64,000 nt of DNA from Verrucomicrobiota bacterium (lineage in GTDB: Bacteria; Verrucomicrobiota; Verrucomicrobiia; Palsa-1439): positions 133 to 64,132 of the forward strand of contig VHCW01000016.1 in NCBI GenBank assembly GCA_016871575.1, in the 5' to 3' direction. Under the pieces are notes generated by a model, which was not told the DNA's origin, did no database searches, and was given only the letters and a program-made list of their open reading frames with translations. Every line of letters begins with the position of its first letter. Position 1 is the first letter of the stretch. This document shows, piece by piece, positions 17,848 to 28,354 of the stretch. The position numbers and the translations under genes are program-made.

Positions 17848-18693
17848 TCAGTCGTCACTGGCAATCTTCGGCGTTCTGTCCAGTCCAATGGCGACTCGAA
17901 ACCCGACGTTGAGCAGGCGCACGGATGGGGTGTACACGTCGCGGACGAACGAGCGGCATTCCTTGGCGCTGTAGAGCCACGAGCCGCCGCGCAACATGCG
18001 TCGCGAGCCGGAGCGCGGCCCGACGGGGTCGGTGACGTCGTTCGCATTCGGATTGCCATACCAATCCTGACACCACTCCCAGACGTTGCCGTGCATGTCG
18101 TGCAAACCCCATGCATTTGCTTTCTTCTCGCCAACAGGATGAGACGTGCCATGCGAGTTGGCGTTGAACCAGGCGTATTCGGCCAGCTTGCGGGCGTTGT
18201 TGCCATAACAATACTCAGTTGCGCTCCCCGCCCGGCAGTCATATTCCCATTCCGCTTCCGTTGGCAGACGGAACCGAAAACCCGGCATTTGCCCGCGCAG
18301 TTTCTGCAGAAATAGCTGGCAATCTTCCCATGCTGTCATTTCGACCGGATTCTTATCTCCCTTGAAGTGGCTCGGATTGTTGCCCATCACGGTGCGCCAC
18401 TGTTCCTGGGTCACCTCATGCTTGCCGATGTAAAATGGCTTGGTAAGCGTGACCGTGTGCAGCGGGGTTTCGGGATGGGCTTTCACCGACCCCATCTGAA
18501 ACCGTCCCGGCCGGATGAGAACAAAGTGCATCTCAATACCATTGCCAAGATTCAGGGTCAGGTTTGTCTTCAATCCAGCAGCGGAATCACCGGCATTGGA
18601 TACCGGCTGTGGCTTCGATTGGGCATGGAGAACGCCGACAGCCCCGACGACCATCGTCAAACCGATTACAACCACGAACTCGTGACGTTTCAT
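17848..18693 (-). CDS. FGE-sulfatase-domain exported protein (paralog of the DGR target, not diversified)
   Basis: Same domain architecture and motifs (FYIGKHEVTQEQW, RLPTEAEWEYDCRAG, GNVWEWCQDWY, RMLRGGSW). The C-terminal DNA differs from the TR at many non-adenine positions. Confidence 0.8.
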   Translation of the reverse strand: MKRHEFVVVIGLTMVVGAVGVLHAQSKPQPVSNAGDSAAGLKTNLTLNLGNGIEMHFVLIRPGRFQMGSVKAHPETPLHTVTLTKPFYIGKHEVTQEQWRTVMGNNPSHFKGDKNPVEMTAWEDCQLFLQKLRGQMPGFRFRLPTEAEWEYDCRAGSATEYCYGNNARKLAEYAWFNANSHGTSHPVGEKKANAWGLHDMHGNVWEWCQDWYGNPNANDVTDPVGPRSGSRRMLRGGSWLYSAKECRSFVRDVYTPSVRLLNVGFRVAIGLDRTPKIASDD

Positions 18694-18792
18694 AGAGTCC
18701 TCCCTTCCTGTGGCTGAAGAATAACACCAATGGATTGCGGAAAGCAAACACAGAATGAGACTTGGAACCGCGCAACTAACGACTGCGATGCA

Positions 18793-19806
18793 TCACCGCG
18801 CGTACGGCAGCGGCTCGCAGATCGCCCGCAGATTCTCCGGGGGCGTGCCCGGCGGAATCTCACACCCGGCGTTGACCAGATAGGGGTTGCCGACAAGAGC
18901 ATAATCGCGGCGGATGCGCTCGCGGATGGCCGCCGGAGTGCTGCGCAGGACGCCCGACACCGGGTCCACATTGCCGGCAAGCGCCACGCGCGGTCCAACC
19001 TTGCGGCGCGCCAAGGCCATGTCCACCATGTGGTCCACGTCGAGGACATCCACCGACAGCGTTGCGATGCCGTCAAGCAGATGGGTGATGTTGCCGCAAA
19101 TGTGCAGCCGCACGAATGCGCCCATTGCCTGAATCGCCCGAACGAGCCGCTGTTCGCGAGGGAGAATGTGTTCCTCGTAAATTTGTCGTGAGACCTGCGA
19201 GGCAATGGCATCGCCGATCCCGATGGTGTCCGCGCCGGCGGTGACCTGGGCGCGCGCGTATTCAATCGCCACGTCCACGCACCGCTCCATCAACTCGCCA
19301 CACCACGAGGGGTCATCCATCAGGTCAATGAGAAACTGGTTCACGCCGCGCAAATCCGCGGCCTCCGCTGCCGGTCCTTCGACCCAGCCGAGAATGGTGT
19401 AGGCCTCGCCGGTTCGTTCGCGGTAGGCACGGACGGCATTCACGGTGTTCAGCATTCGCGTGGACTTCAACGGGTCAGGCGTCGGCAACTTGTTGAGGTC
19501 GGTGGAGTTTTCCAAGGGCGGATGCGGGCATTGCGGGACGCCCTTGTCGAGAAAGATGATTTCAGCGCCGTAGCCTTGTGTCTCGCTGAACGGATCCGAC
19601 ATGACACCGACAAGGTCCAGACCGAAATCCTCCGCGCACCGGATGTTTCCCTCGACCTTCACCCGGTAGTCGCTGCAAAACGCGCCGTAGTTCGCGCCGA
19701 TGTGGTCGGCGGCAAACTGCATCAGAATCGGGATGCGCGGGACGAAATCCACCGGCGCGCCGCGCAACATCGCGCCATATCGTTGTTTGCTGGTCATGGC
19801 TTGCAT
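18793..19806 (-). CDS. Uroporphyrinogen decarboxylase (URO-D) family protein (MtaA/CmuA-like methyltransferase branch possible)
   Basis: Overall URO-D fold similarity across 337 aa. Confidence 0.7.
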   Translation of the reverse strand: MQAMTSKQRYGAMLRGAPVDFVPRIPILMQFAADHIGANYGAFCSDYRVKVEGNIRCAEDFGLDLVGVMSDPFSETQGYGAEIIFLDKGVPQCPHPPLENSTDLNKLPTPDPLKSTRMLNTVNAVRAYRERTGEAYTILGWVEGPAAEAADLRGVNQFLIDLMDDPSWCGELMERCVDVAIEYARAQVTAGADTIGIGDAIASQVSRQIYEEHILPREQRLVRAIQAMGAFVRLHICGNITHLLDGIATLSVDVLDVDHMVDMALARRKVGPRVALAGNVDPVSGVLRSTPAAIRERIRRDYALVGNPYLVNAGCEIPPGTPPENLRAICEPLPYAR

Positions 19807-19850
19807 GCCTCCATTGACTTTGTGTCGTTTTTTGTGTCTATATCCGCCGC

Positions 19851-21083
19851 ATGAGCGATTCCTACATTCAGCAACTGTTCGCCGAACGCATCGGCGGCAA
19901 GGATTACGGCAAAAGCACTGCCATTTACAAGTTCGAAAAAATCAAGCGCGCCAAACGCGCCGCGATGGCCGCCCATCCCGGCGTCGAACTCATTGACCTC
20001 GGCGTCGGCGAACCGGATGAGATGGCGTTTCCGCTGAGCGTGCAGGCGTTGCAAGCCGAAGCCGCCAAACACGACAATCGCGGCTACGCTGACAACGGCG
20101 GCCCCGAATTTCGCGAGGCAGCAGCCCGCTGGATGAAAAACGTTTGCGGCGTCGCGGGCATCAATCCAGAGACCGAGATCCTTCACAGCCTCGGCAGCAA
20201 AGCGGCGCTTTCGATTTTGCCCGCCGCCCTTATCAATCCCGGCGATGTCGCCATCATGACCGTGCCCGGCTACCCGGTATTCGGCACGCACAGCAAATGG
20301 TACGGCGGCGAAGTCTTCAACCTCAAGTTGACGGAGGAGAATCATTTCCTACCCGACCTCGCCGAGATTCCGGCCGACGTGCTCGCGCGCGCCAAAGTCA
20401 TGGTGCTCAATTATCCAAACAATCCCACGGGCGCCAGCGCCACGCGCGGATTCTTTGCGGAGGCAGTTGCGTTTGCCCGGAAGCACAAGCTCGTCATCAT
20501 CTCCGATGCCGCCTACGCGGCGCTTGTGTTCGAGGGTCAACCGCTTTCGATTCTCAGCGTCCCCGGCGCGAAGGATGTTGCGGTCGAACTCCATTCGATG
20601 AGCAAAGGCTTCAACATGACCGGCTGGCGACTCGGGTTTGTCTGCGGGAACGAGTTGCTCGTAAAAGCCTATGGCGATTGCAAGGACAACACGGACAGCG
20701 GTCAATTTCTCGCCATCCAGAAGGCGTGCGCCGTTTCGCTGGATCACCCGGAGATCACGCAACAGATTGCCGCCAAATACTCGCGTCGGATGGACTTGCT
20801 GGTTGCGGCGCTGCGCAAACTCGGTTTCAATGCGACCAAGCCCAAAGGCTCATTCTTCCTTTACGTGCGCGCTCCGCAAGCAGTGGGCGACCGCCGATTC
20901 ACCACCGCCGAGGAGGTTTCGCAATGGCTGATCACCGAGAAACTCATCTCGACCGTGCCATGGGATGACGCCGGGCCGTACCTGCGGTTCTCCGTCACAT
21001 TCATTGCCAAGGACGAAGCCGACGAACGCCGTGTCGTCGGTGAAATCGAGAAGCGCCTCAGCGGCGCCGCGTTTGCCTTTTAG
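19851..21083 (+). CDS. dapL: LL-diaminopimelate aminotransferase
   Basis: N-terminal FAERIGG.DYGK...KFEKIKRAKR..IDLGVGEPD pattern and PLP-aminotransferase lysine region SMSKGFNMTGWR are characteristic of DapL. Confidence 0.8.
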   Translation: MSDSYIQQLFAERIGGKDYGKSTAIYKFEKIKRAKRAAMAAHPGVELIDLGVGEPDEMAFPLSVQALQAEAAKHDNRGYADNGGPEFREAAARWMKNVCGVAGINPETEILHSLGSKAALSILPAALINPGDVAIMTVPGYPVFGTHSKWYGGEVFNLKLTEENHFLPDLAEIPADVLARAKVMVLNYPNNPTGASATRGFFAEAVAFARKHKLVIISDAAYAALVFEGQPLSILSVPGAKDVAVELHSMSKGFNMTGWRLGFVCGNELLVKAYGDCKDNTDSGQFLAIQKACAVSLDHPEITQQIAAKYSRRMDLLVAALRKLGFNATKPKGSFFLYVRAPQAVGDRRFTTAEEVSQWLITEKLISTVPWDDAGPYLRFSVTFIAKDEADERRVVGEIEKRLSGAAFAF

Positions 21084-23314
21084 AGTTTGTTCGCCATCAC
21101 CGTCTTCACTTCGCCATTGACGTGGACTTGGACTTTGCGGGGTTGCGGTGACGCGATGCGATACTGGGTGACCTTGCCCTTCTTCCATTCGATGTCCACG
21201 GTGAAGTTGTCACGTGCGCGAAGACCGGTGACTTTGCCGGCGTGCCAGTCTTTCGGCAGCGCGGGCAAGAGGTGTACCTCGTCGAGTTGGCTTTGGAGCA
21301 GCATTTCGGCGATGCCGGCGGTGGCGCCGAAGTTGCCGTCAATCTGAAACGGGGGACAGGCATCGAACAGGTTGGGATACAAGCCGCCGCTCCATCGTCC
21401 TTTCACTTTGCCGACGGGCTGGAGAAGATTGCGCAAAATCACCAAGGCATGGTCGCCGTCGAGGAAACGCGCCCACAAGTTCACCTTCCATCCCATGCTC
21501 CAGCCGGTGGCGGCGTCGCCACGGTGGATGAGCGATTGCTTGGCTGCCTCGAAAAACTTCTGGTCGCGCGACGTGATGTCGTCGCCGGGATAGACGCCCC
21601 ACAGGTGCGAGAGGTGACGATGTTGATTCTTCGGGTCGTCTTTGTCTTCGAGCCATTCTTGAAGCTGACCGTGTTGGCCTACTTTGTTCGGGGCGATGCG
21701 CGGGAGGATCGCAGCGAGTCTGTCGGCAAATTCTTTGTCGGTGTTCAGGATGCGGGCGGCTTCGATGCATTGGCGGAACAAGGCGCGAATGATTTGGTGG
21801 TCCATCGTCGGTCCCATGACGAGGCCGCCTTGCTCCGGCGAGTTCGAGGGGCCGCTGATGAGCCAACCGGTCAGCGGGTCTTCGCAAAGAAAGTCAGCGT
21901 AGAATTGCGCGGCGCCTTTCATGAGCGGATAGCCGTGTTTGGCAAGGAAGTCCTTGTCTTGGGTGAAGAGATAACGTTCCCACAAGTGCAAAGCCAACCA
22001 GCCGCTGCCGGCGACCCAGATGCCGTGGTTGGCGGCGTTGATCGGCGCGGCGCCACGCCAGAGGTCGAAGTTGTGGTGCACGACCCAGCCGCGCGCGCCG
22101 TAGTGCTCCTTTGCCACGACCCGACCGGTATCGGCCAGCTCGGCGAGCGCAGCAAACAGCGGCTCGTGACACTCGCTGAGGTTGGTCACTTCCGCTGGCC
22201 AATAGTTCATCTCGGTGTTGATGTTGCACGTGTATTTGCTGTCCCACGGCGGTTTGAGCTTGTCGTTCCAGATCCCCTGCAAGTTCGCCGGTTGGCCGCC
22301 GGGCCGGCTGGAAGCGATGAGGAGGTAACGACCGTATTGGAAGACAAGCGCGACAAGTGACGGGTCGTTGCCGGTGGCGAACTCCTTGATGCGCTGGTCG
22401 GTTGGCTTGTCGGCGGCGGGTGTTCGGCCAAGATCGAGGCTGACACGGCGGAACAACGATTGATGATCGGCCACATGAGCCTGCAAGGTCTTCTCCCACG
22501 ATTTGTTTTTCTTCAACAATGCCGCGCAACGCGCAGCGGGATCGCCAGAGATGTCTTTGTAACTCTTGAAGTTCGTCGCAGCCACCAGCCGGATTATGAG
22601 TGTGCCTGCGCCTCTGACTCGCAATGTCCCTTGTTCCACTGTTACCGCGCCGTCAGTTGTCAACAACGCGCGGCTCTCGAAGCGGATACCGTCAGGCTCG
22701 ACTTCGCCGCGAAGGGTGAGCGTGTTGGCCGTGGCGGCGACGGTGGAATTCGTGTGCGGGCTGTTGAGGCGCACGACGCAATCGAGTTTGCCGGGCTTGT
22801 CGGCGGTGAGGCGCACCACGACAGCGCGGTCGGGATACGACGCCACTACTTCGCGCCGGTAGGCAACGCCGCCGAATTGGTATTCAGTGACAGCCAGCGC
22901 GGTGTCGAGGTTGAGCCAACGCCGATAGTCAGAAGTCTTGTCATGAGGAAACTCGATCCAGAGATCGCCGCACGGCTGGTAGGCTTTCTGGCGAAGCGGC
23001 TCGCTCATGAATTCGCGAAGCGCGAGTTGCTCCGCCTCTTTTTGTTTGCCGTCGAAAAGCAACCGTCGGATTTCCGGCAGGAACTTGACCGCGCCTTTAT
23101 GCGCGTAGCAGTGCGGCTGGCCGGTCCAGACGGTGTGTTCGTTGAACTGGACGCGCTCCGTAGGTACGCCGCCGTAAATCATCGCCCCCATGTGGCCGTT
23201 GCCGACCGGCAACGCTTCTTCCCACGCTGTCGCTGGCTGGCGATACCAGAGCTTCAAGTCGCTCGCCAAGCATACGGCAAGCGAAGAAGCGAACAAGACA
23301 ACCTGAAGTTTCAT
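21080..23314 (-). CDS. Glycoside hydrolase family 95 (alpha-L-fucosidase-like), exported
   Basis: Signal peptide; N-terminal WYRQPA..WEEALPVGNGHMGAM ... VQFNEHTVWTG, typical of GH95. Confidence 0.8.
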   Translation of the reverse strand: MKLQVVLFASSLAVCLASDLKLWYRQPATAWEEALPVGNGHMGAMIYGGVPTERVQFNEHTVWTGQPHCYAHKGAVKFLPEIRRLLFDGKQKEAEQLALREFMSEPLRQKAYQPCGDLWIEFPHDKTSDYRRWLNLDTALAVTEYQFGGVAYRREVVASYPDRAVVVRLTADKPGKLDCVVRLNSPHTNSTVAATANTLTLRGEVEPDGIRFESRALLTTDGAVTVEQGTLRVRGAGTLIIRLVAATNFKSYKDISGDPAARCAALLKKNKSWEKTLQAHVADHQSLFRRVSLDLGRTPAADKPTDQRIKEFATGNDPSLVALVFQYGRYLLIASSRPGGQPANLQGIWNDKLKPPWDSKYTCNINTEMNYWPAEVTNLSECHEPLFAALAELADTGRVVAKEHYGARGWVVHHNFDLWRGAAPINAANHGIWVAGSGWLALHLWERYLFTQDKDFLAKHGYPLMKGAAQFYADFLCEDPLTGWLISGPSNSPEQGGLVMGPTMDHQIIRALFRQCIEAARILNTDKEFADRLAAILPRIAPNKVGQHGQLQEWLEDKDDPKNQHRHLSHLWGVYPGDDITSRDQKFFEAAKQSLIHRGDAATGWSMGWKVNLWARFLDGDHALVILRNLLQPVGKVKGRWSGGLYPNLFDACPPFQIDGNFGATAGIAEMLLQSQLDEVHLLPALPKDWHAGKVTGLRARDNFTVDIEWKKGKVTQYRIASPQPRKVQVHVNGEVKTVMANKL

Positions 23315-23322
23315 GAATCCTC

Positions 23323-24828
23323 TCACTGTGTTGTTGCGCAGTTATTGTTACGGATGTCAACGTTGGTGCAATTGGTCTCCACAAGGATGGTGGTGGTGCG
23401 TCCTTGGAAAATATTGCCGGTCATCTGGATGTCGTGGCCGCCGGCAGCGAATGTCACTGCGTTGCTGGCGCAGGACTCGGCGAGGACGAAGATGTTGTCA
23501 CGGACAATGACAGGACCATAGCAACCGTTGGTCTGGTACGTCGTAAAGTAAAGCTCCGGCCACGGCTCGTAGTCGCCGGTCAAGTACCCCCGACGCCCGC
23601 GTCGGGGGTCGCGCTCGCCCTTGGTGGTGTTGTTAACGAAGACGTTGCCTTGCAGGATGAAGTTCTTCGGCTGGTTGATCCAACTGCCGCGTCCGCCGTT
23701 GCGAAAGGTGTTGCCGATGATCGTCACGTCTTCGCACGACCGCTCGACGCTCATCACGCGCGAACCGTTGGTGCCATCCACGGTGTTGCCAGTGACAGTG
23801 GCGTTCTTGCAATGCTCGGCAAGGAAGAACGCACCCATGCGGGAACCGAGAATCTGGTTGTTGGCGAAGACGACGTTGTGGCAACGCTGGATGTGCATCG
23901 TGTCGCCGAGCGCGCTGAGTTGGCAGCCGGTGATACGCACGTCGCGACAACACTGGATGTCCACGCCGCCTTTGCCGGGACCGTTGCCGGTCGGCGCGTA
24001 CAGGCCGTTGAAGGCGAAACGCAGCTTCGTGATGAGCTTCACGCCGGTGCCGAACTTGACGGGAGGAACATCGAGATACTGACGACCGCGGACGATGCCA
24101 TCAGGCAACGGCCCGCCGAAGAAACAGATTCCGTCTTTGACGAACTTCCCCCACTCGCTGGCGTCGTGGATGAAATCGTTGCGGAAATAACGTTGAGCGC
24201 GCTCGACTTCCCATGGTTCGTAGTCTTCCGGCCAGACAATCTGTTGCCAGAGATAGCCGTAGTCCCACATGAACTTGCCACTGCGCAGCAACGCGCAGTT
24301 CTCTACCGCGACGCGCTCGGCAAACGTCTCCACTTCGCTGTGGCTGCCTTCCTTCGGCGCGCCGTTGACGTGAATGACAGCACCGCAAATGCCGTCGGAG
24401 CGCACATCGCGAAACAGGATGTCGGCAGTCTTTCCGCCGGGCGTGGTGCCGATGGCGAAGATGCGTGTGTTGGCGTTTGGTTCCCAATTGTTTTCGCGCT
24501 TCGCCGGGTCGAAGACGTGGCCGAGGAACTCACCGCCGTGCCATGCGAACTTGGTGACGTTTGTGCCAGTGAACACAACGACTCGTGCTTTGTCGCCCAG
24601 TTGTTTCGGCAGATGAAAGCGTGCGCCGTATGCGAAGACGGTGGTGCCGGACGGAATCGGAATCGGTTCGCCGCCGCCAACGTGGTAATCGCCCGGCGGA
24701 ATCGTCACGACGCCACCGGTGAAAAGCTGGCGCAGGCGCGCTGTGTCATCGGCAGCGTGAACGACACCGAGGAACGCAAACAAGCCACAGAGCAGCTTGA
24801 CGGCTGTTCTCACAACTTGATGACCCAC
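23323..24828 (-). CDS. Exported right-handed parallel beta-helix (pectin-lyase-fold) protein, probable carbohydrate-active enzyme
   Basis: Signal peptide; repeated NxxxxGN / IxGNxF PbH1-like units. Confidence 0.6.
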   Translation of the reverse strand: MGHQVVRTAVKLLCGLFAFLGVVHAADDTARLRQLFTGGVVTIPPGDYHVGGGEPIPIPSGTTVFAYGARFHLPKQLGDKARVVVFTGTNVTKFAWHGGEFLGHVFDPAKRENNWEPNANTRIFAIGTTPGGKTADILFRDVRSDGICGAVIHVNGAPKEGSHSEVETFAERVAVENCALLRSGKFMWDYGYLWQQIVWPEDYEPWEVERAQRYFRNDFIHDASEWGKFVKDGICFFGGPLPDGIVRGRQYLDVPPVKFGTGVKLITKLRFAFNGLYAPTGNGPGKGGVDIQCCRDVRITGCQLSALGDTMHIQRCHNVVFANNQILGSRMGAFFLAEHCKNATVTGNTVDGTNGSRVMSVERSCEDVTIIGNTFRNGGRGSWINQPKNFILQGNVFVNNTTKGERDPRRGRRGYLTGDYEPWPELYFTTYQTNGCYGPVIVRDNIFVLAESCASNAVTFAAGGHDIQMTGNIFQGRTTTILVETNCTNVDIRNNNCATTQ

Positions 24829-26132
24829 TTGTTCGCGTCGCCTTTCTTGAGTTGGAACGCGCGCTTGACTGAATTGACCGTGACTTCGTATTGACCGTGG
24901 AAACCGCGGATTGTGACGCGGCCTTGGGCGTCGGTCTGCGCCGAGGTGGAAGTCTTCCAGTCCTTGTTGATGAGTTGGTCGAGCGCTTTGTAGGCGGGCT
25001 TTGGACGAAGCTGGTCATCGAGCAGACCGCCTTGGGCCACGTTCTCGTGTTTGACGGCGGTGCCGTCGCCGAGGTTCCACCACGTGATGCCGGCCATGTT
25101 CGGCGCGGCGAACCAAAGCCGGTAATGATCGCGCACAACCTCTGTTTGCAACGCGTCGCCGCCCTCGCCTGCTGACGGGATGGTGATCTCGGTGACGTAG
25201 AGTGGCAGGTTGAACGCACTGAACTGCTCATAGACATCGAGCAACTTGCCAGGATTGCATTTCGGGTCTTTCAAGAATGCATCGAGTCGCTCGCGGCGGA
25301 AATAGTGATACTGGAATCCGATGCCGCGGATTTTCGCGCCTTGCGCCATCAGCGTCTTGATTTGCTCGAAGTAGTTATCCGACAACGGCGAGAAATTGTA
25401 GCTGGTGACCTCGTTGATCATCAGCGTGGTGTTTTCCGGGAACAGCGGCGCGACTTCCTTGAACGCCCAGCCGACGTAGGCGCGGTCTTCGCTGTAGAGC
25501 GGATACGTCTTCTTGCAGACCAGCGACTCATTGACGACATCCCAGATGTCAATCTTGCCGGCGTAACGGCTGGCGATTTCCTTGAACCGCTTCTGGTAGA
25601 GGGCGCGCAATTCATCGGCGTCGCTTGGCAGCCACGGCGGATTGTAGGCGTGCCACAGGAGCGGATGGCCTTTCAACGTGATTCCGTGCTTGGCCGCCCA
25701 CGGCAGGAACCGGTCGGGCGGCGGACGCCGCCAGAAATCGCTGGCCGGTTCGGAATACCGGAGTTGGCCTTGTGTCGGCTCGGTGCCCTCCCAGTAGAAC
25801 GGCACGGTGGCGAAATTGAAAATCTTCAAGAACGCTTCCTCGTAGCGCCGCTCCATTTCTTCGGGCGTAAGCTGGCCGAGCACAAATGCGTTGCAGCCGA
25901 AGAGAAACTCGTGTCCGGTTTGTCGCGCTTGCACTTTCGCGCCCTTGACCGGTTTGCCTTTCGCGTCCACGACCTCGATGGTCGCGTCGCCTTTGCGGTA
26001 CTTTTCGATGTTGCGCTCAATCCGCGCGTTGACGGCCGGGTCGCGCCAGAGTTTGCGGTAGGATTCCGGTGTTTCCGCGTGAGCCGTTGCCAAGACTAAC
26101 AAACTGGTGATGATGGTTAGGTTTGTTTTCAT
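24810..26132 (-). CDS. Endo-1,4-beta-xylanase, glycoside hydrolase family 10
   Basis: Signal peptide; GH10 acid/base region WDVVNES and nucleophile region YVTEITIP. Confidence 0.8.
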   Translation of the reverse strand: MKTNLTIITSLLVLATAHAETPESYRKLWRDPAVNARIERNIEKYRKGDATIEVVDAKGKPVKGAKVQARQTGHEFLFGCNAFVLGQLTPEEMERRYEEAFLKIFNFATVPFYWEGTEPTQGQLRYSEPASDFWRRPPPDRFLPWAAKHGITLKGHPLLWHAYNPPWLPSDADELRALYQKRFKEIASRYAGKIDIWDVVNESLVCKKTYPLYSEDRAYVGWAFKEVAPLFPENTTLMINEVTSYNFSPLSDNYFEQIKTLMAQGAKIRGIGFQYHYFRRERLDAFLKDPKCNPGKLLDVYEQFSAFNLPLYVTEITIPSAGEGGDALQTEVVRDHYRLWFAAPNMAGITWWNLGDGTAVKHENVAQGGLLDDQLRPKPAYKALDQLINKDWKTSTSAQTDAQGRVTIRGFHGQYEVTVNSVKRAFQLKKGDANKWVIKL

Positions 26133-26218
26133 TCTGTTCCATTTCTGTCCCACCGTTTGAGTGGGACGTTGGCAGAATAGGCTGATCAACCTGGGTTTCA
26201 AGAGCAAAGCAGGATTTG

Positions 26219-27292
26219 TCAATTGCCTGACTTCAGGTACGGCTTCAGCATGTCGAACCGGCTCTCAATCTCGGCGATGTCCTCCTGGGAAAGCGCCTGC
26301 TCCGACAGGATCGGTTTCGGCGGAACACTGTTCTTCGGCCCGTAATTTCGTGACAACATGTTCTTGAACACGCCGCGCTTCTTCCAGACATGTAGGTGGA
26401 AACCTCGCAACTGGTTGCCGGGAATCGTCTCTCGCAGATTCAGCATCAACAGAAGCTTGCTGAACGCGTCCTGCAACGCAACGGGGTCGGAACCGCTCTG
26501 CATTTGGTTCCAGATAAAAGCCAGAAGATCCGCATAGACCGCGCGCTCAGTGATCAGTCCCTCCGCGCCTACGCGCGCCTGATACAACCAGCCGAACCCG
26601 CCTATCGCGCTGAACACCCTTTTGATTGTCGGCTTGGCCGCGACGAGTTCTTTCATGCGGGGCACGACGGGCGACGTTTCTTCTTTGACATAGCCGAAAT
26701 ACGGCGACTCCTTGGCCAGTTCGATCAGCAACTTGACCGAGGGAGCCGGTCCCCTGTACTTGGTGCCGCCGGAGGTTTGAATGATCACCGGCCGCTTGGC
26801 GACCGCCGCAAGCGCGCGCCAATACTGCCGCAGATCGTCCTCCGTTTTGCCGGAGTCCGGTGGGCGCGAAATGATTGCCGCAGGCGCCAGTGTTTCGGCG
26901 TGCTTCGCGAAGACGAGCATCTCCTCCGTGTCGTTGCCCTGCACGCCGAGACACAACGCAGACCGGCGACCGCGCGTCGCCTTGGCCAACACCTCCATGC
27001 CGCGCAGCTTCTCCTCAGTCGTCAGCAGGTCAACGCTATCCCCCGACTGCGGCCAAATCATGCCCGGACTGCCGCACCAATCAACGAACTGCGCCTGCTT
27101 GGCCAGCACCTCGTAGTCAACGGCTCCCGAATCCGTAAACGGCGTTGACAAAATCGGGAAAGGCCCCCGAACTTTCGGATCGCCGATGACAGGACCCCCG
27201 CAAAGTGGTGCCGCGCTTTGAGCACGCGCGCCGAACACCGTCAGGCCGCCGACAGTGGCCGCCATTGTCTTGATGAACTCACGTCTCTTCAT
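26219..27292 (-). CDS. Tat-signal protein of the dihydrodipicolinate synthase / N-acetylneuraminate lyase (class I aldolase) family
   Basis: Twin-arginine signal MKRREFIKTMAATVGG; DapA-family similarity in the core. Confidence 0.55.
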   Translation of the reverse strand: MKRREFIKTMAATVGGLTVFGARAQSAAPLCGGPVIGDPKVRGPFPILSTPFTDSGAVDYEVLAKQAQFVDWCGSPGMIWPQSGDSVDLLTTEEKLRGMEVLAKATRGRRSALCLGVQGNDTEEMLVFAKHAETLAPAAIISRPPDSGKTEDDLRQYWRALAAVAKRPVIIQTSGGTKYRGPAPSVKLLIELAKESPYFGYVKEETSPVVPRMKELVAAKPTIKRVFSAIGGFGWLYQARVGAEGLITERAVYADLLAFIWNQMQSGSDPVALQDAFSKLLLMLNLRETIPGNQLRGFHLHVWKKRGVFKNMLSRNYGPKNSVPPKPILSEQALSQEDIAEIESRFDMLKPYLKSGN

Positions 27293-27304
27293 TTTCTTTC
27301 TCCT

Positions 27305-28354
27305 TCAGGCTGGCTTTGCCCGGGCGTATTGTTTGGGCCACTCGATATCCTCGCCCAGCACACGCGCAGCTTCGAGCGGCCAGTGTGGATTTCGCAACAA
27401 TTCGCGCCCCAAGGTCACCATATCGGCGCGACCGTCTCGCACAATCTCTTCTGCCATCTCCGGTGTGGTGATCAGCCCGACAGCCATCGTCGGGATGCCC
27501 GTCTCGCGTCGGATGCGTTCGGCAAATGGAACTTGATACATGGGGCCAGTCGGTGGAGCGACCGTCGTGTTTCCACCGGAGGAACAGTCCAGCAGATCAA
27601 CTCCGCGCCCTTTCAGCCACTGCGCAACATGAACCAGATCGTCAATCACTAATCCTCCCGCCATCCAGTCCGTGCAGGAGAGACGAACCAAGAGCGGTTT
27701 TCGTTCGGGCCAAACCTGGCGAACCGCGTCAACCACCCGCAACAACATCCGCGCGCGATTTTCCAGCGAACCGCCATACTCATCGGTTCGGTGATTCGAG
27801 AGCGGCGACAGGAATTGATGCAGCAAATATCCGTGCGCCGCGTGGATCTCGACCGCGTCCATCCCCGCGGCGAGAGCGCGTTGCGCTGCCGCGCGAAACG
27901 CCGATTCCACCGCGTCGAGTTCCGCATGACCCAACTCATGCGGCACGACCCAATCGTGATCAAAGGCAATCGCGCTGGGGCCGACTAGTGGGGTTGGCCC
28001 CTGCCCCTTGGTTGCGCTCCATGCTTTGCGTCCCGCGTGCGCGAGTTGGCAACAGATCGCGGCACCTTGCGATTGGCAGAGTCGCACGATGCGCGCCAGC
28101 GGCGCGACGTGCGCATCGCACCATAGGCCAAGGTCATTGGAACTGATGCGTCCGCATGGGGCAACGGCGGTCGCCTCGGTGATGATCAGCCCAACCTCGC
28201 CGGTGGCGCGCGCCGCGAGGTGCGCCAGATGCCAGTCCGTTGCCAAACCATCTTCGCCTGCGGAGTACATACACATCGGCGACATCGCAATGCGATTCCG
28301 GATCGTGACGTCGCGCAGTCTGAATGATGTGAAGAGTTCTGCCTTCAAATGTTC
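27305..28354 (-). CDS. NADH:flavin oxidoreductase, Old Yellow Enzyme family
   Basis: FRLRDVTIRNRIAMSPMCMY ... LAHAGRKA ... HAAHGYLLHQFLSP OYE motifs. Confidence 0.85.
   Translation of the reverse strand, partial: EHLKAELFTSFRLRDVTIRNRIAMSPMCMYSAGEDGLATDWHLAHLAARATGEVGLIITEATAVAPCGRISSNDLGLWCDAHVAPLARIVRLCQSQGAAICCQLAHAGRKAWSATKGQGPTPLVGPSAIAFDHDWVVPHELGHAELDAVESAFRAAAQRALAAGMDAVEIHAAHGYLLHQFLSPLSNHRTDEYGGSLENRARMLLRVVDAVRQVWPERKPLLVRLSCTDWMAGGLVIDDLVHVAQWLKGRGVDLLDCSSGGNTTVAPPTGPMYQVPFAERIRRETGIPTMAVGLITTPEMAEEIVRDGRADMVTLGRELLRNPHWPLEAARVLGEDIEWPKQYARAKPA

Noticed and set aside
17848-18000. Possible second (remote) VR in the paralogous FGE-domain gene
   Set aside because: Its similarity to the TR is only motif-level; many differences fall at non-adenine TR positions, so it is a diverged paralog rather than a DGR target.
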